Notes: a model not told the origin generated them from the sequence alone. Numbered from the stretch's first letter, positions 43,886-53,090 are shown. The stretch: DNA of 64,000 bases from a bacterium (GCA_030426085.1 JAUHYW010000013.1:3074-67073), one strand, 5' to 3'. Made by a program: numbers and translations.

Positions 43886-44560
43886 ATGATGCGCCATCCC
43901 GTTCAGGAGGCCCCCGTGACACCGCCCTCATCCCACCGCCTCGCCCGCGCCGCGCTGCTCGTGTCGGCGCTTCTCGTCTCGCTCCCGGCCCTGGCGCGGG
44001 CGCCCGACGTCGGCCGGATCCCGAACGGGCAGACCCTGGGCTGCGCGAACTGCCACACCAACAACGACCAGAACAACCTGGGCCCGTTCAACCCGTGGGG
44101 GCGGGTGATCTTCGACGCGGGGCGCCAGGTGGACTGGGCGGTGGACTGCCCGCTCGATCCCGACGAGGACGGCTACACCAACGGCGAAGAGCTGGGCGAC
44201 CCGGAGTGCGCGTGGGTGGCGGGCGATACGCCGGCCCAGCCCTATCGCAGCCACCCCGGCGACCCGGAGAGCGTGCCGGGGGAGCTGCCGCCCGAGCCCG
44301 ACCTGGGGCCCGACCTCGGCCTCGAGCCCGACGCGATGCCCGACCCGGGTGAGCCCGAGCCCGATCCGGTCGAGCCCGAGCCCGATCCGGGCGAACCCGA
44401 GCCCGACCCGACGCCCGACGGCGGGCCGCGCGACGGAGGCGGGCAGAACGCGGGCGGCGTCGTCACCAACCTCGACGACGGCTGCGCGGTCGACCCCTCG
44501 GCCCCGGCGCCCTGGCTGTGGCTGCTGGCCGGCCTCGCCCTCACCCGCCGCTGGCGCTGA
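43886..44560 (+). CDS. Secreted protein with one CXXCH motif and a MYXO-CTERM-type sorting tail
   Basis: 224 aa. Leader ...LARAALLVSALLVSLPALARA. IPNGQTLGCANCH contains the CXXCH. Acidic PEPDP linker. The C-terminus DDGCAVDPSAPAPWLWLLAGLALTRRWR (GC, hydrophobic helix, Arg cluster) fits MYXO-CTERM. Confidence 0.6.
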   Translation: MMRHPVQEAPVTPPSSHRLARAALLVSALLVSLPALARAPDVGRIPNGQTLGCANCHTNNDQNNLGPFNPWGRVIFDAGRQVDWAVDCPLDPDEDGYTNGEELGDPECAWVAGDTPAQPYRSHPGDPESVPGELPPEPDLGPDLGLEPDAMPDPGEPEPDPVEPEPDPGEPEPDPTPDGGPRDGGGQNAGGVVTNLDDGCAVDPSAPAPWLWLLAGLALTRRWR

Positions 44561-44639
44561 GCCCCCACCCCCTTTCCTGCGCCTGGGCCGCCTTCCCGCG
44601 GGCGCGCCGATCTGATATGCCCGCTCGCCCGCGAGGAGG

Positions 44640-45287
44640 TTGATCGTGGCCCGCTCTTTCGCCCAGGACCTGCGCACCATCCCCAACATGCTGTCGCTCA
44701 GCCGCATGGTCGCGATCACCGTCGCCGCGGCGGTGTTCTTCGCCGGCCATTACACGCTGGGGGTGATCATCGGCATCGCCGCCGGGCTGACCGACTACCT
44801 CGACGGCATCCTCGCCCGCCGGCTGAATCAGGTCACCAAACTGGGCGAGATCCTGGACCAGTTCAGCGACCTCTTCTTCGAAAGCGCCTGCATCCTCATG
44901 CTGGTCACCCACCCCGAGGGCCCGCACCCGATGGTGCTCTTCGCCTACCTCGTGCGGGAGTTCTGGGTCACCACCATCCGCCGGTTCCTGGCCGACGTGC
45001 AGATCAACATCGCCAGCAGCTTCATCGGCAAGCTCAAGACCAACTTCTTCGGGTGGTGCTTCGCGGCGTACTTCTTCCACGTGGCCCACGTCTTCCCCGA
45101 GCCGGTGGACAGCATCATGTTCTGGCTGGGCGTGATCGGGCTCTACGGCGGGCTGCTGTGGGCCTACATCAGCGCAGCGCAGTACAGCGTGCAGTTCATC
45201 GAGCACTACCCCGAGGCGCTGCGGCGGCTCGCCGCCCGAGACACGGACGAGGCCCGGGGCCGCGATCAGGGCAGCGCGCCCGCCTGA
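44640..45287 (+). CDS. CDP-alcohol phosphatidyltransferase family protein
   Basis: 215 aa. TTG start with GAGGAGG immediately upstream. DYLDGILARRLNQVTKLGEILDQFSD fits DGx2ARx8Gx3Dx3D. Several TM segments. Confidence 0.75.
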   Translation: MIVARSFAQDLRTIPNMLSLSRMVAITVAAAVFFAGHYTLGVIIGIAAGLTDYLDGILARRLNQVTKLGEILDQFSDLFFESACILMLVTHPEGPHPMVLFAYLVREFWVTTIRRFLADVQINIASSFIGKLKTNFFGWCFAAYFFHVAHVFPEPVDSIMFWLGVIGLYGGLLWAYISAAQYSVQFIEHYPEALRRLAARDTDEARGRDQGSAPA

Positions 45288-46114
45288 CGGAGCGCGGCGA
45301 ACACCTCGCCGACATCCCGGGCGACCAGATCGGGCCGCACCGCGCTCGCGGCCAGCTTCGCCCGATCGGTCTCCCCGGTCAGCACCAGCGCGCACAAGAC
45401 GCCGTGCTGCGCGCCGAGGGTCATGTCGGTGTCGAGCTGGTCACCGATGATCAGCGTCTCGTCCCGGGTGCAGCCGAGCAGCGCGAGGCCGGCGTCGAGC
45501 ATGGCCGCCGTCGGCTTGCCGAGCACCGTCGGCATCGGGCCGCCCCCCGGCATGAAGCTGTTGGTCGTCGCGATGGCCGCCGCGATGGCCCCCGCGTCGG
45601 GCAGCAGACCCTCGGCGTCGATACACGTCCGGTCGAGGTGGGTCGCGAAGTACGGCAGCCCCCGGGCGACGAGCAGGCTGGCCTCGCTCAGGCGGCGGTA
45701 GGTCAGCTCGAGGTCGTAGCCCAGCAGGACGCAATCCGGGTCATCGGCGTAGGCCGTCGGCTTCAGGCCGACCCGGGTGCACGCCGCGCGCAAGGCCGCG
45801 GTCCCCAGCACATAGGGCCGGCGCAGCGGGCTGTTACGGGCCAGCCACGCTGCCGCCGCGTCCCCCGAGGTCAGGACGTGGGCCCGATCGACCGAGAGGC
45901 CCAGCTTCGCCAGCCGCTCGACGTAGACCGCGCCCCGCTTCGAGGAGTTGTTGGTCAGCACGACCCGCGGCCGCCCGGCGGCGTCCAGGGCCCGCACGAA
46001 CTCCACGGCCCCGGGCAGCGCCACCCCGCCCGAGATGTAGAGCGTGCCGTCCATGTCGATCAGGTAGCCCCGGATGCGGGCCAGTCGGGCCTCGAGCGTG
46101 GGGGACAGTTCCAC
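45266..46114 (-). CDS. HAD-IIA (NagD-like) phosphatase family protein
   Basis: 282 aa from GTG 46114, with GGAGG 6 nt upstream. LIDMDGTLY (motif I), VLTNNSS (motif II), GKP, IIGDQLDTD (motif IV). Its 3' end overlaps the convergent gene by 22 nt. Confidence 0.7.
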   Translation of the reverse strand: MELSPTLEARLARIRGYLIDMDGTLYISGGVALPGAVEFVRALDAAGRPRVVLTNNSSKRGAVYVERLAKLGLSVDRAHVLTSGDAAAAWLARNSPLRRPYVLGTAALRAACTRVGLKPTAYADDPDCVLLGYDLELTYRRLSEASLLVARGLPYFATHLDRTCIDAEGLLPDAGAIAAAIATTNSFMPGGGPMPTVLGKPTAAMLDAGLALLGCTRDETLIIGDQLDTDMTLGAQHGVLCALVLTGETDRAKLAASAVRPDLVARDVGEVFAALRQAGALP

Positions 46115-46191
46115 CGGCGCCTCCGCGTATCGAAAGCGGGAGCATGATCGCCCCGGCGCGCGGTGACAAGCCCGGTCGGGCCGGCCGGTGA

Positions 46192-47475
46192 TCAGAGGTC
46201 GGCCGCCGGCCGCCCCGGAGCGGGCAGCGGCGCGATGAACGGGCTCGCCGCGCAGGACTCGGGCGCCGCCGCGAGGTCGAAAGACGGATCGATCGAGCGC
46301 GCAGCGGGGCGGCCGTTGAACGAGACGACGGCGTCCGCCCGCACCTCGGCCAGAGCCGTGCCGTCGCCGTAGCGCCGGGCGAGGCGCAGCGCGTAGGCGT
46401 GGATGAGGTCGGGCTGGGTCGCCATCATCTGCGCTTGCAGCGGTGTCAGATCGGGGAACCGGCGGACGATCACCGGCGTCGCCCGGCCGGGCGGCGTCAC
46501 CCGGAACTCCACCCGCCCGGTCTTGGCGACCAGCATCACCCGCCACGCGAAGCGGAAGCCCTCTTCGGTCCAGTTCACCGGGCCGGGGTAGAGCAGGCAC
46601 CGCAGCGGCACGACGACCTGGATCGTGATCCACAGCGCGGCGGCGAGCACCGCCAGGCGGCCGATGGGGCGGGCCTCGGCGATCGGCGGGCCGCGCCGGG
46701 GCCAGTCGGGCGCGAAGAAGAGCGTGCAGCCCGCGATCATCAGCGGCGAGAAGATGCCGATGGGGAACAGCGCCCAGACCGCGAGGTGGAAGCCGACGGC
46801 GACGACGAACGCCGCCCGCCGGGTCCGGCGCCACGCCAGCATGAACGGGATGGTCAAGTCGAAGGCCGCCCCAGCCCAGGAGAACCCATAGGCGGCGACC
46901 GGCGCGGCGAGCAGCGGGCCCACCACCGGCCAGTCGGCGTAGGTCGGCAGCCAGGTGGCCAGGGGCTGGGCCCGCAGCAGCCAGTCGCCGTTCAGTTTGG
47001 CCAGCCCGGCGTAGATCCAGACCACCGCGAACTGGAAGCGCAGGAGGTGGTAGGCCCCCACGGGCACCACGCGCCCGGCGGGCACGGCGGCGAGCAGGAC
47101 GGCGAGCAGGCTGACCAGGTAGTAGTGGTTGAGGTAGTTGCTGCGGTCGATCAGCTCGACCCAGGTGAAGCACAGCCCGAAGATCGCGGCCGCCGGGCGG
47201 GGCCAGCGGTTGGCCGCCACCAGGAGCGCAGCGACGATCATGACCCCGAAGAGCGCGTGGGTGCCGAAGCCGGGCAGCGGCCGGATCCACTCGAGCCCCG
47301 GCCAGGGGAAGCGCACCACCGGGTCGGTGAGCTGGGTCTCGATCCAGCCGTTGGCCCAGTAGCGGGCGGCGCCGATGGCCATCAAGCCACCGAACAGCGC
47401 CCGGAAGGCCCGCAGACCGGCGCCGCTGACCGGTCGCCCGAGCGCCGCGCGCAGGCCGGCCAGCGAATGCGGCAT
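46192..47475 (-). CDS. HTTM-domain (vitamin-K-dependent gamma-carboxylase-like) polytopic membrane protein
   Basis: 427 aa. ATG 47475 overlaps the upstream stop (ATGA). ...LRAFRALFGGLMAIGAARYW...FPWPGLEWIRP...ELIDRSNYLNHYYLVSLLAVLL... is the HTTM signature as I remember it. The rest of track ORF 46192-48327 is a shadow frame. Confidence 0.7.
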   Translation of the reverse strand: MPHSLAGLRAALGRPVSGAGLRAFRALFGGLMAIGAARYWANGWIETQLTDPVVRFPWPGLEWIRPLPGFGTHALFGVMIVAALLVAANRWPRPAAAIFGLCFTWVELIDRSNYLNHYYLVSLLAVLLAAVPAGRVVPVGAYHLLRFQFAVVWIYAGLAKLNGDWLLRAQPLATWLPTYADWPVVGPLLAAPVAAYGFSWAGAAFDLTIPFMLAWRRTRRAAFVVAVGFHLAVWALFPIGIFSPLMIAGCTLFFAPDWPRRGPPIAEARPIGRLAVLAAALWITIQVVVPLRCLLYPGPVNWTEEGFRFAWRVMLVAKTGRVEFRVTPPGRATPVIVRRFPDLTPLQAQMMATQPDLIHAYALRLARRYGDGTALAEVRADAVVSFNGRPAARSIDPSFDLAAAPESCAASPFIAPLPAPGRPAADL

Positions 47476-48560
47476 CAGTCTCCGTCGCCGCTGCCGAAGG
47501 CGAGCTGCACCGCGAGCACCCCGGTCAGGTCGACCTGGATCACGGTCTGCAACTGCCCGAGCGCAGCGATGGCCGCCCGCACCCGAGCCGGGCTCTCGAC
47601 GACCGCCTCGGCCAGCGGCGACGAGATGCCGTCGAGCGCGACGCGCGCCTCGGCGTAGGCTCGACGGAAGCGGGCGTCGACGTTGACCTCGACGGTCGAC
47701 GCCTCGTCCACCGCGCGCCGGGCGAGCACCTGGGGCATCGCCGCCAGCCCCGGGCGCCCGGGCGCGCCGGCGTACATCGCCCACACCGTGTCGAGCGCGT
47801 CGCGGATGTCGTCCAGGCTGCGGTCGCTGAACGGCGACTCGACGAGCTGCGGCTGAGGCACGCCGCCGGCCTTGTCGCCCAGCGGCCGGCCGAGCCGATC
47901 GTCGCGGATGACCAGGATCAGATCGCCCATCCGGTTGAGCAGCGCGCCGAAGACCGCCTCGCTGTCGGCGTAGGGGTCCCCATCGGGGGCGAGGAGCTGC
48001 CCGGCGAAGTCGTCGGTCCACGCCACGCGCAGCGCCTCGGCGAGCCGGGCGGTGTCGGCGGTCGCCGCCACCAGGTACTGGCAGCGCGCGCCGGGCCAGG
48101 GCGCCTCGGCGCCCCACAGCAGGAACTCGATGGCCGGCAGCCCCCGCTCCGCGGCGCCGACGTCGTCGATGTCGTCCGCAGTCGGCGGATCGGCGAGCCG
48201 GGCTTCGATGCGCTCGACCCGCAACGGGCGGAAGTCGATGTGCGGCCCGAGGCGGTCGGGGTAGGCGTCGTAGGGGCCGATGCCGAAGACGTCCAGCGCC
48301 TTCCACCGGCTGCGGGCCGCGCGCCACGCGTCGCGGGCGGCGTCGATGTCGGCCCCTCTCGGCGCGTCGTCGGCGCAGGCGGCAGCGGATCGCTCGGCGA
48401 GCGCGGCGGCCGCGTCGGCGAAAGCCCGATGCCCCGGCACCGCGAGCGCCTCGACCCAGGTGGCGACGACCTGCTCCCGAGCGTCGGTGGACTCACAGCC
48501 GGCGAACCCGGCGACGGCGGCTCCGAGGGCGAGGGCGACGACGGCCGGAGTCCGGCCCAT
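47475..48560 (-). CDS. Imelysin (peptidase M75-like / IrpA-like) family lipoprotein, second copy
   Basis: 361 aa. ATG 48560 overlaps the upstream stop (ATGA). MGRTPAVVALALGAAVAGFAGCES carries a lipobox. ...AWRAARSRWKALDVF.IGPY..., ...LPAIEFLLWG... and ...ESPFSDRSLDDIRDAL... parallel the motifs of the first copy. Confidence 0.65.
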   Translation of the reverse strand: MGRTPAVVALALGAAVAGFAGCESTDAREQVVATWVEALAVPGHRAFADAAAALAERSAAACADDAPRGADIDAARDAWRAARSRWKALDVFGIGPYDAYPDRLGPHIDFRPLRVERIEARLADPPTADDIDDVGAAERGLPAIEFLLWGAEAPWPGARCQYLVAATADTARLAEALRVAWTDDFAGQLLAPDGDPYADSEAVFGALLNRMGDLILVIRDDRLGRPLGDKAGGVPQPQLVESPFSDRSLDDIRDALDTVWAMYAGAPGRPGLAAMPQVLARRAVDEASTVEVNVDARFRRAYAEARVALDGISSPLAEAVVESPARVRAAIAALGQLQTVIQVDLTGVLAVQLAFGSGDGD

Positions 48561-49957
48561 CACAGCGAGTTCACGAAGCGCACGACCGCGTCCCGATCGG
48601 CCGCCGGCGCGGTGCGGAAGGCCTCCCGAGCCACCTCGCCCTCGCCGCCGTGCCACAGGATCGCCTCGGCGACGCCCCGCGCCCGGCCGTCGTGCAGCAG
48701 CCGCTGGTGATCGTTGACCGCCTCGAAGAGCCCGACGCCCCACAGCGGCGGCGTGCGCCAGTCGGCCCCGCCCGCCTCATAGACCGGCCGCCCGTCGCTC
48801 AGCCCGGGGCCCATGTCGTGCAGCAGCATGTCGGTGTAGGGCCAGATGAGCTGATCGGCGACCTCGGGCAGCGGGTGGCCGCCCGTGCGGTGGCTGGGCG
48901 TGTGGCACGCGGCGCAGCCCATCCCGGTGAAGAGCGCCTTGCCCCGCAGGACCTCGGCGTCATCGGCCAGCCGCCGGGCGGGCACGGCGAGCAGGCTGCT
49001 GTAGAGCACCACCTTCTCGAACGTCTCGGCGTCGATCTCGGGCCCGCCCTCGCCGCCGTCCCGGGCAGCGAGGCAGTCGGTCTGGGCGGCGGTGCAGTCC
49101 TGAGCGTCGAAGACCGGGGTCGTGATGCCCATGTCGCCCAGGAAGGCCCCGGCGACCTGCTGGCGCACGGTCGGCTGCTCGGACTTCCAGCCGAAGCGCC
49201 CGACGGCGGGGGCCTCGGCGGTGGCGTCCCACACCCGGTTGATGCGCCCCCGGACGCCGTCGCCGTCCGCGTCGTCCGGATCGGCGAGCGCCTCCAGCGC
49301 TTCTTCGGGGATGGCCTCGAGCAGCCCCAGCCCGATGACCTGGGGCGCGACCCGGGGCGAGATCATCACGTCGTCCGCGAGGGGCCCGTAGGCCAGCGCG
49401 TCGAGGTGGTAGGTCGGCCGCAGCAGAGTGTAGGCGGTGCCGTCGCCGTAGGTGCCCTCGATGGCCTCGTAGGTCACCGCAGCGTCGGCCTCGATCGGCA
49501 CGTCGGGCAGCGCAAACGGCTGGAGCTGGCCCCCGTAGTTCGGCTCGGGCACCGGCCCGCCCACGGCGTCCACCCCGGGCACGCTCAGCCGCAGGAGCAG
49601 CCCGAGGAAAGGCTCGTCTTCGGTCTCGGGCGGGCGCCCGCGGCCGTCGCGCAGGTGGCACGCGGCGCACGAGCGGGCGTTGTACAGCGGCCCCAGCCCG
49701 TCGCGGCGGCCGGTGCTCGCCGGCGCCTCGACCCACGCCTGATTGAAGAAGCTGTTGCCGGTGTAGAACGACGGCTCGTGCTCAACGACGATGTTCTCCG
49801 CGGGGCGGATGAAGGCGTTGCGCCCGCCGAGCAGGGTGTTGGTCGTCGCGCCGCCGGGCAGCAGCTCACCCGGCTCGAGGGCGGGCGGGGGGGGCTCCTC
49901 GCCGCACCCGGCGAGCGGGGCGAGCGCGAGCAGCAGGACGGGCAGTGCGCGGGCCAT
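48560..49957 (-). CDS. Dihaem c-type oxidoreductase (DUF1111 family) lipoprotein
   Basis: 465 aa. MARALPVLLLALAPLAGCGEE carries a lipobox. Two CXXCH motifs (SCAACHLRDGRG and GCAACHTPSH). ...VGRFGWKSEQPTVRQQVAGAFLGDMGIT... is typical of DUF1111. Confidence 0.75.
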   Translation of the reverse strand: MARALPVLLLALAPLAGCGEEPPPPALEPGELLPGGATTNTLLGGRNAFIRPAENIVVEHEPSFYTGNSFFNQAWVEAPASTGRRDGLGPLYNARSCAACHLRDGRGRPPETEDEPFLGLLLRLSVPGVDAVGGPVPEPNYGGQLQPFALPDVPIEADAAVTYEAIEGTYGDGTAYTLLRPTYHLDALAYGPLADDVMISPRVAPQVIGLGLLEAIPEEALEALADPDDADGDGVRGRINRVWDATAEAPAVGRFGWKSEQPTVRQQVAGAFLGDMGITTPVFDAQDCTAAQTDCLAARDGGEGGPEIDAETFEKVVLYSSLLAVPARRLADDAEVLRGKALFTGMGCAACHTPSHRTGGHPLPEVADQLIWPYTDMLLHDMGPGLSDGRPVYEAGGADWRTPPLWGVGLFEAVNDHQRLLHDGRARGVAEAILWHGGEGEVAREAFRTAPAADRDAVVRFVNSL

Positions 49958-49969
49958 TCGAACTCCGGT

Positions 49970-51127
49970 CTATTCGACCACCGGGATGGTCAACTCGAAC
50001 AGGCGGAACGCCTCTTCGAGGGCGCCCTCCAGCGTGCGCAGGCTCTCGATGAGCGCCTGCACCCGGGCGTTGCCCTCGTCGTTGCCGGCGGCGATTTCGC
50101 GGTCGAAAGGTGGCACCAGGGCCTCGGCGAGATCCAGGCTTTCGTCGACGAGGACCCCGATGCGCCCGGCCAGCTCGCTGTCCCGGGCCTCGACCACCGC
50201 CCGGATGCCGGTCCCGCTCACCGCGCCGTACTGCCCGGCCCACACGTTCTTGATCCCGCGCACGTCCTGCACCATGTCCCGGTGGGTATTGTCCGAGAAG
50301 CAGGAGTGCTCGTCCTCCTGATCGCCGCTGTCGAGCGCGGTCTGCAATCGCTCGCCGCCGGTCTCGAAGCCGGCGAGCACGATCATGCCGGTCATCACCC
50401 GCCGCAGCCCCTCGGCCGGCTCGGCGGCGAGGAACTCATTGCGGTAGTCGCCGGTGTCGGGGGCCCACTCGGCGGTCACATCGCCGACGTGCTGCACGAG
50501 CAGATCCGAGACGATCGCCAGATAGTCCCGGCGGCGGTCGGCGTTGGGCGCCTCGCCGTCGACGAAGTCGGTGTGCGGCCGGTCGCCGGGGCCGTCGGTC
50601 GACGTGTCCTGACCCCACAGCAGGAACTCGATCGCGTGGAAGCCGGTGGCGATGTTCTCCTCGCCGCCCTGCTCGTTGAGGCCGACGAGGGCCTCGGCGG
50701 TGATCGCCTGGGACATGTCATTGATGATGCCCGCCATCGGGTCGTCGGCCACCCCGTCGATGTAGGCCTCGTCGAGCGGCCAGGCGTTGATCAGCCCCTC
50801 GGGGCCGTCGTCCTCGTCGTCGATGGGCCCACCGTAGAAGCGGAAGACCTCGGTCTGCAGGTAGGGCTCGCGGGCCTCGAGCCACGCCTGCCGCGCTGCC
50901 TCGAGGCCCGCCGCGTCCGGCGTGGTGAGGAAGGCGTCGATGGCGGTGTCGAGCGCCATCACCGCGGCGAGGCTTTCGGCGTAGTTGGCGTGCACGACCT
51001 CGGCGTAGGTCGCGAGCGCGGCGTTGGTCTCCGCGGGGATGACCTCGGTCGTCGGGTCGTCGTCGCAAGCGAGGAGCGGGGCGGCGATCAGGCAGGCCAG
51101 GATCGGGGCGATACGGTCGCGCAGCAT
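49970..51127 (-). CDS. Imelysin (peptidase M75-like / IcmP-IrpA-like) family lipoprotein, first copy
   Basis: 385 aa. MLRDRIAPILACLIAAPLLACDDD carries a lipobox. ...AWLEAREPYLQTEVFRFYGGPID..., ...AIEFLLWGQD... and ...DEHSCFSDNTHRDMVQDV... are imelysin hallmarks. Confidence 0.75.
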   Translation of the reverse strand: MLRDRIAPILACLIAAPLLACDDDPTTEVIPAETNAALATYAEVVHANYAESLAAVMALDTAIDAFLTTPDAAGLEAARQAWLEAREPYLQTEVFRFYGGPIDDEDDGPEGLINAWPLDEAYIDGVADDPMAGIINDMSQAITAEALVGLNEQGGEENIATGFHAIEFLLWGQDTSTDGPGDRPHTDFVDGEAPNADRRRDYLAIVSDLLVQHVGDVTAEWAPDTGDYRNEFLAAEPAEGLRRVMTGMIVLAGFETGGERLQTALDSGDQEDEHSCFSDNTHRDMVQDVRGIKNVWAGQYGAVSGTGIRAVVEARDSELAGRIGVLVDESLDLAEALVPPFDREIAAGNDEGNARVQALIESLRTLEGALEEAFRLFELTIPVVE

Positions 51128-51220
51128 GCGTTCTCCGAAGAAGCGTGAGGGCCGGGTCGGGACCCGGGGGTCGGTGTCGGGGCGGGATCTAGCAGCCCCG
51201 GCGCCGGAAATCCATGGCGT

Positions 51221-51235
51221 TGATTACCATATTCA
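51221..51235. promoter_or_regulatory. Candidate Fur box upstream of the imelysin operon
   Basis: tgattaccatattca matches 11 of 15 positions of TGATAATnATTATCA. It sits in a local AT-rich patch (ggaaatccatggcgttgattaccatattcaacgaattcgg) about 95 nt upstream of ATG 51127, in a divergent intergenic region. Confidence 0.4.
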
Positions 51236-51350
51236 ACGAATTCGGGGAAAAGCGATCCGACGAGCGTCTTCCGCAGCCGACGCGCAGGCTCGATTCGACC
51301 GGGTCGAACGACTGCGGCCGAGCGGGCCGCATGGGGTATGCTCCACACCC

Positions 51351-52139
51351 GTGTGGCGCCTCTCCCCCATCGTGATCGCGCTCGCCCTCGCCGCCGGATG
51401 GGCCGGGTGCGACGACGACAGCCAGCAGGCGTGCGTGCCCGGCGAGGTCGAGCGGTGCCCGGGGGAGACCTGCGCGGTCGACCGGGACGGCACGCCGCTG
51501 TGCGTCGCGCCGGGCACCGCCGAAGAGGGCGACCTGTGCCGACTGGCGGACGAGCCGACGACGGTCGAGCCGGCCGTGCGCTGCGGGGTCGGGCTGGGCT
51601 GCCTGCGGGTGGCGGGCGTCTCGCGCTGCCTGCGCTTCTGCAACCCCACGCTGGACTTCGAGCCCTGCGAGCCCGACGGCAACCGGCGGATCACCCCCGG
51701 CGCGGGGCCGGCGCTCTTGCGGCAGTTCACCCGCTGCGTCGGGGTCCTGCCCGACCGGCCCGAGATCGGGGTGTGCGTCCTGCCGTGCCGCCCCGATCGG
51801 GGCGAGTGCGTCGCCGAGCAGGACGCCCCCTGCTCGGCCTACCCCGACGACTGCCCCGAAGCCAGCGTCTGCGGGCTCAACCCCCAGGCGCCCTTCCCGC
51901 TGTGTGTACCGGACGGCGCCGGCGCCGAGGGCGACGTATGCGACGCCGAGCGGGGCTGCGGGGCGGGCCTGCTGTGCACCCGGATCGACGGCGAATCGCG
52001 CTGCCGGCTGGCGACGGACACCGACGACGCCTGCCCGGACACCCACCGCGCGGTGCCGGTGGCCGGCGTCGTCGACCCGCTGGTGGTGATGACGGTGCGC
52101 CTCGAGTCGATCTGCCTGCCGCTGGACGAAGAGCCCTGA
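51351..52139 (+). CDS. Cys-rich secreted lipoprotein
   Basis: 262 aa from GTG 51351 (VWRLSPIVIALALAAGWAGCDDD, with a lipobox). About 26 Cys in repeated C.(P/A)G....C units. The upstream part of track ORF 51024-52139 overlaps the imelysin gene and promoter. Confidence 0.55.
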   Translation: MWRLSPIVIALALAAGWAGCDDDSQQACVPGEVERCPGETCAVDRDGTPLCVAPGTAEEGDLCRLADEPTTVEPAVRCGVGLGCLRVAGVSRCLRFCNPTLDFEPCEPDGNRRITPGAGPALLRQFTRCVGVLPDRPEIGVCVLPCRPDRGECVAEQDAPCSAYPDDCPEASVCGLNPQAPFPLCVPDGAGAEGDVCDAERGCGAGLLCTRIDGESRCRLATDTDDACPDTHRAVPVAGVVDPLVVMTVRLESICLPLDEEP

Positions 52140-52151
52140 AGCGCGCCGCCG

Positions 52152-53090
52152 CTACTGGCGGCGCACGTTGTCCCGGGTCATGCGCCAGGTGCGATCGGGC
52201 TCGATCAACACCCGAAACCGCTGCTCGGGCTCGGCGGCCAGCGGGCTGTCGAAGACGAGCCGCACGTCATGCGGCCCCTCGGGCAGCCGGAGGTCGATGA
52301 TCGGCGTCCAGCCCCGGGCCTTGCCGTCCACGAAGACCCGCGCCGGCGGGCGGGTGTTGAGCTGGAGCCAGCCGAAGCCACGGGGCGGGCCGTCCACCGG
52401 CCGCCGTTCCAGGGGCCGGGGACCGTCGGGCCGGGCCAGGGCACCCGCTGAGACGGGCAGCACAGCCTCGGGGGGCGGCGCCGGCCGCGGGTCGGCTCGA
52501 CGGGGCGGCGCGGGGCTCGGCGCGGCGGGCGACGGCGCTTCGGCCTCGCGAGGCGGGACCCGGCGATCCGCCTCGCCGTCGCCCGAGGCCGGGGGCTCGA
52601 CGGCGGAGGCCGGCCCGGGCTCGCCGCTCCTGGGGCCCGGATCGGCCTCCGCCTCGACGCCGATCACGGTCTCGGCCGGCAGGATGGGGACCTCCTCGGG
52701 GCCCTCGATCACCTCGGCCGGGGGCTCCGGAGGCGCCGCCGGCTCGGCGGGCGGCGCCTCGCGGGCCAGCCACCCGGCCGCCGCCGCCGCGCCGACGAGC
52801 GCCACGATCATCAGCGGCGTCCACCGCCGACGGGGTCGGACCGGCCGGGGCGCCTCGGCCATCAACGCGCCCAGCGCCGGCTCGTCGAGGGCGAGCGCCT
52901 CCAGCCCTTCGCCGAGCACCACGAGCAGCTCCAGGCAGCCGTCGCAGCCGGCGAGGTGGCCCGCCTCGGCCTCGGTCGGCTCGGCCCCCGCCGACAGCTC
53001 GGCGAGGCGCTCGTCGTCCAGGTGGGGCCCGCCGCCGTCGAGCTGCAGGTCGAGCCGGCCGAGGCGCGCCTCGAGGTCGGACGGGTTCAT
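52152..53090 (-). CDS. Anti-sigma factor: N-terminal anti-sigma region, one TM, Pro-rich linker, C-terminal PEGA-like domain
   Basis: 312 aa. ATG 53090 overlaps the sigma-factor stop (ATGA). ...AGHLAGCDGCLELL... is zf-HC2-like. TM WTPLMIVALVGAAAAAGWLA. The C-terminal GWLQLNTRPPARVFVDGKARGWTP...LPEGPHDVRLV is the PEGA pattern. Confidence 0.65.
   Translation of the reverse strand: MNPSDLEARLGRLDLQLDGGGPHLDDERLAELSAGAEPTEAEAGHLAGCDGCLELLVVLGEGLEALALDEPALGALMAEAPRPVRPRRRWTPLMIVALVGAAAAAGWLAREAPPAEPAAPPEPPAEVIEGPEEVPILPAETVIGVEAEADPGPRSGEPGPASAVEPPASGDGEADRRVPPREAEAPSPAAPSPAPPRRADPRPAPPPEAVLPVSAGALARPDGPRPLERRPVDGPPRGFGWLQLNTRPPARVFVDGKARGWTPIIDLRLPEGPHDVRLVFDSPLAAEPEQRFRVLIEPDRTWRMTRDNVRRQ

Noticed and set aside
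46192-48327. A single 711-aa ORF spanning the HTTM gene and part of the imelysin gene. Similar cases are 45266-47290, 23660-26068, 34618-36273, 35412-38072 and 11626-14982.
   Set aside because: The upstream halves are Arg/Pro-rich shadow frames of the neighbouring real genes. The real starts are internal codons that overlap the upstream stop by 4 nt (ATGA/GTGA).
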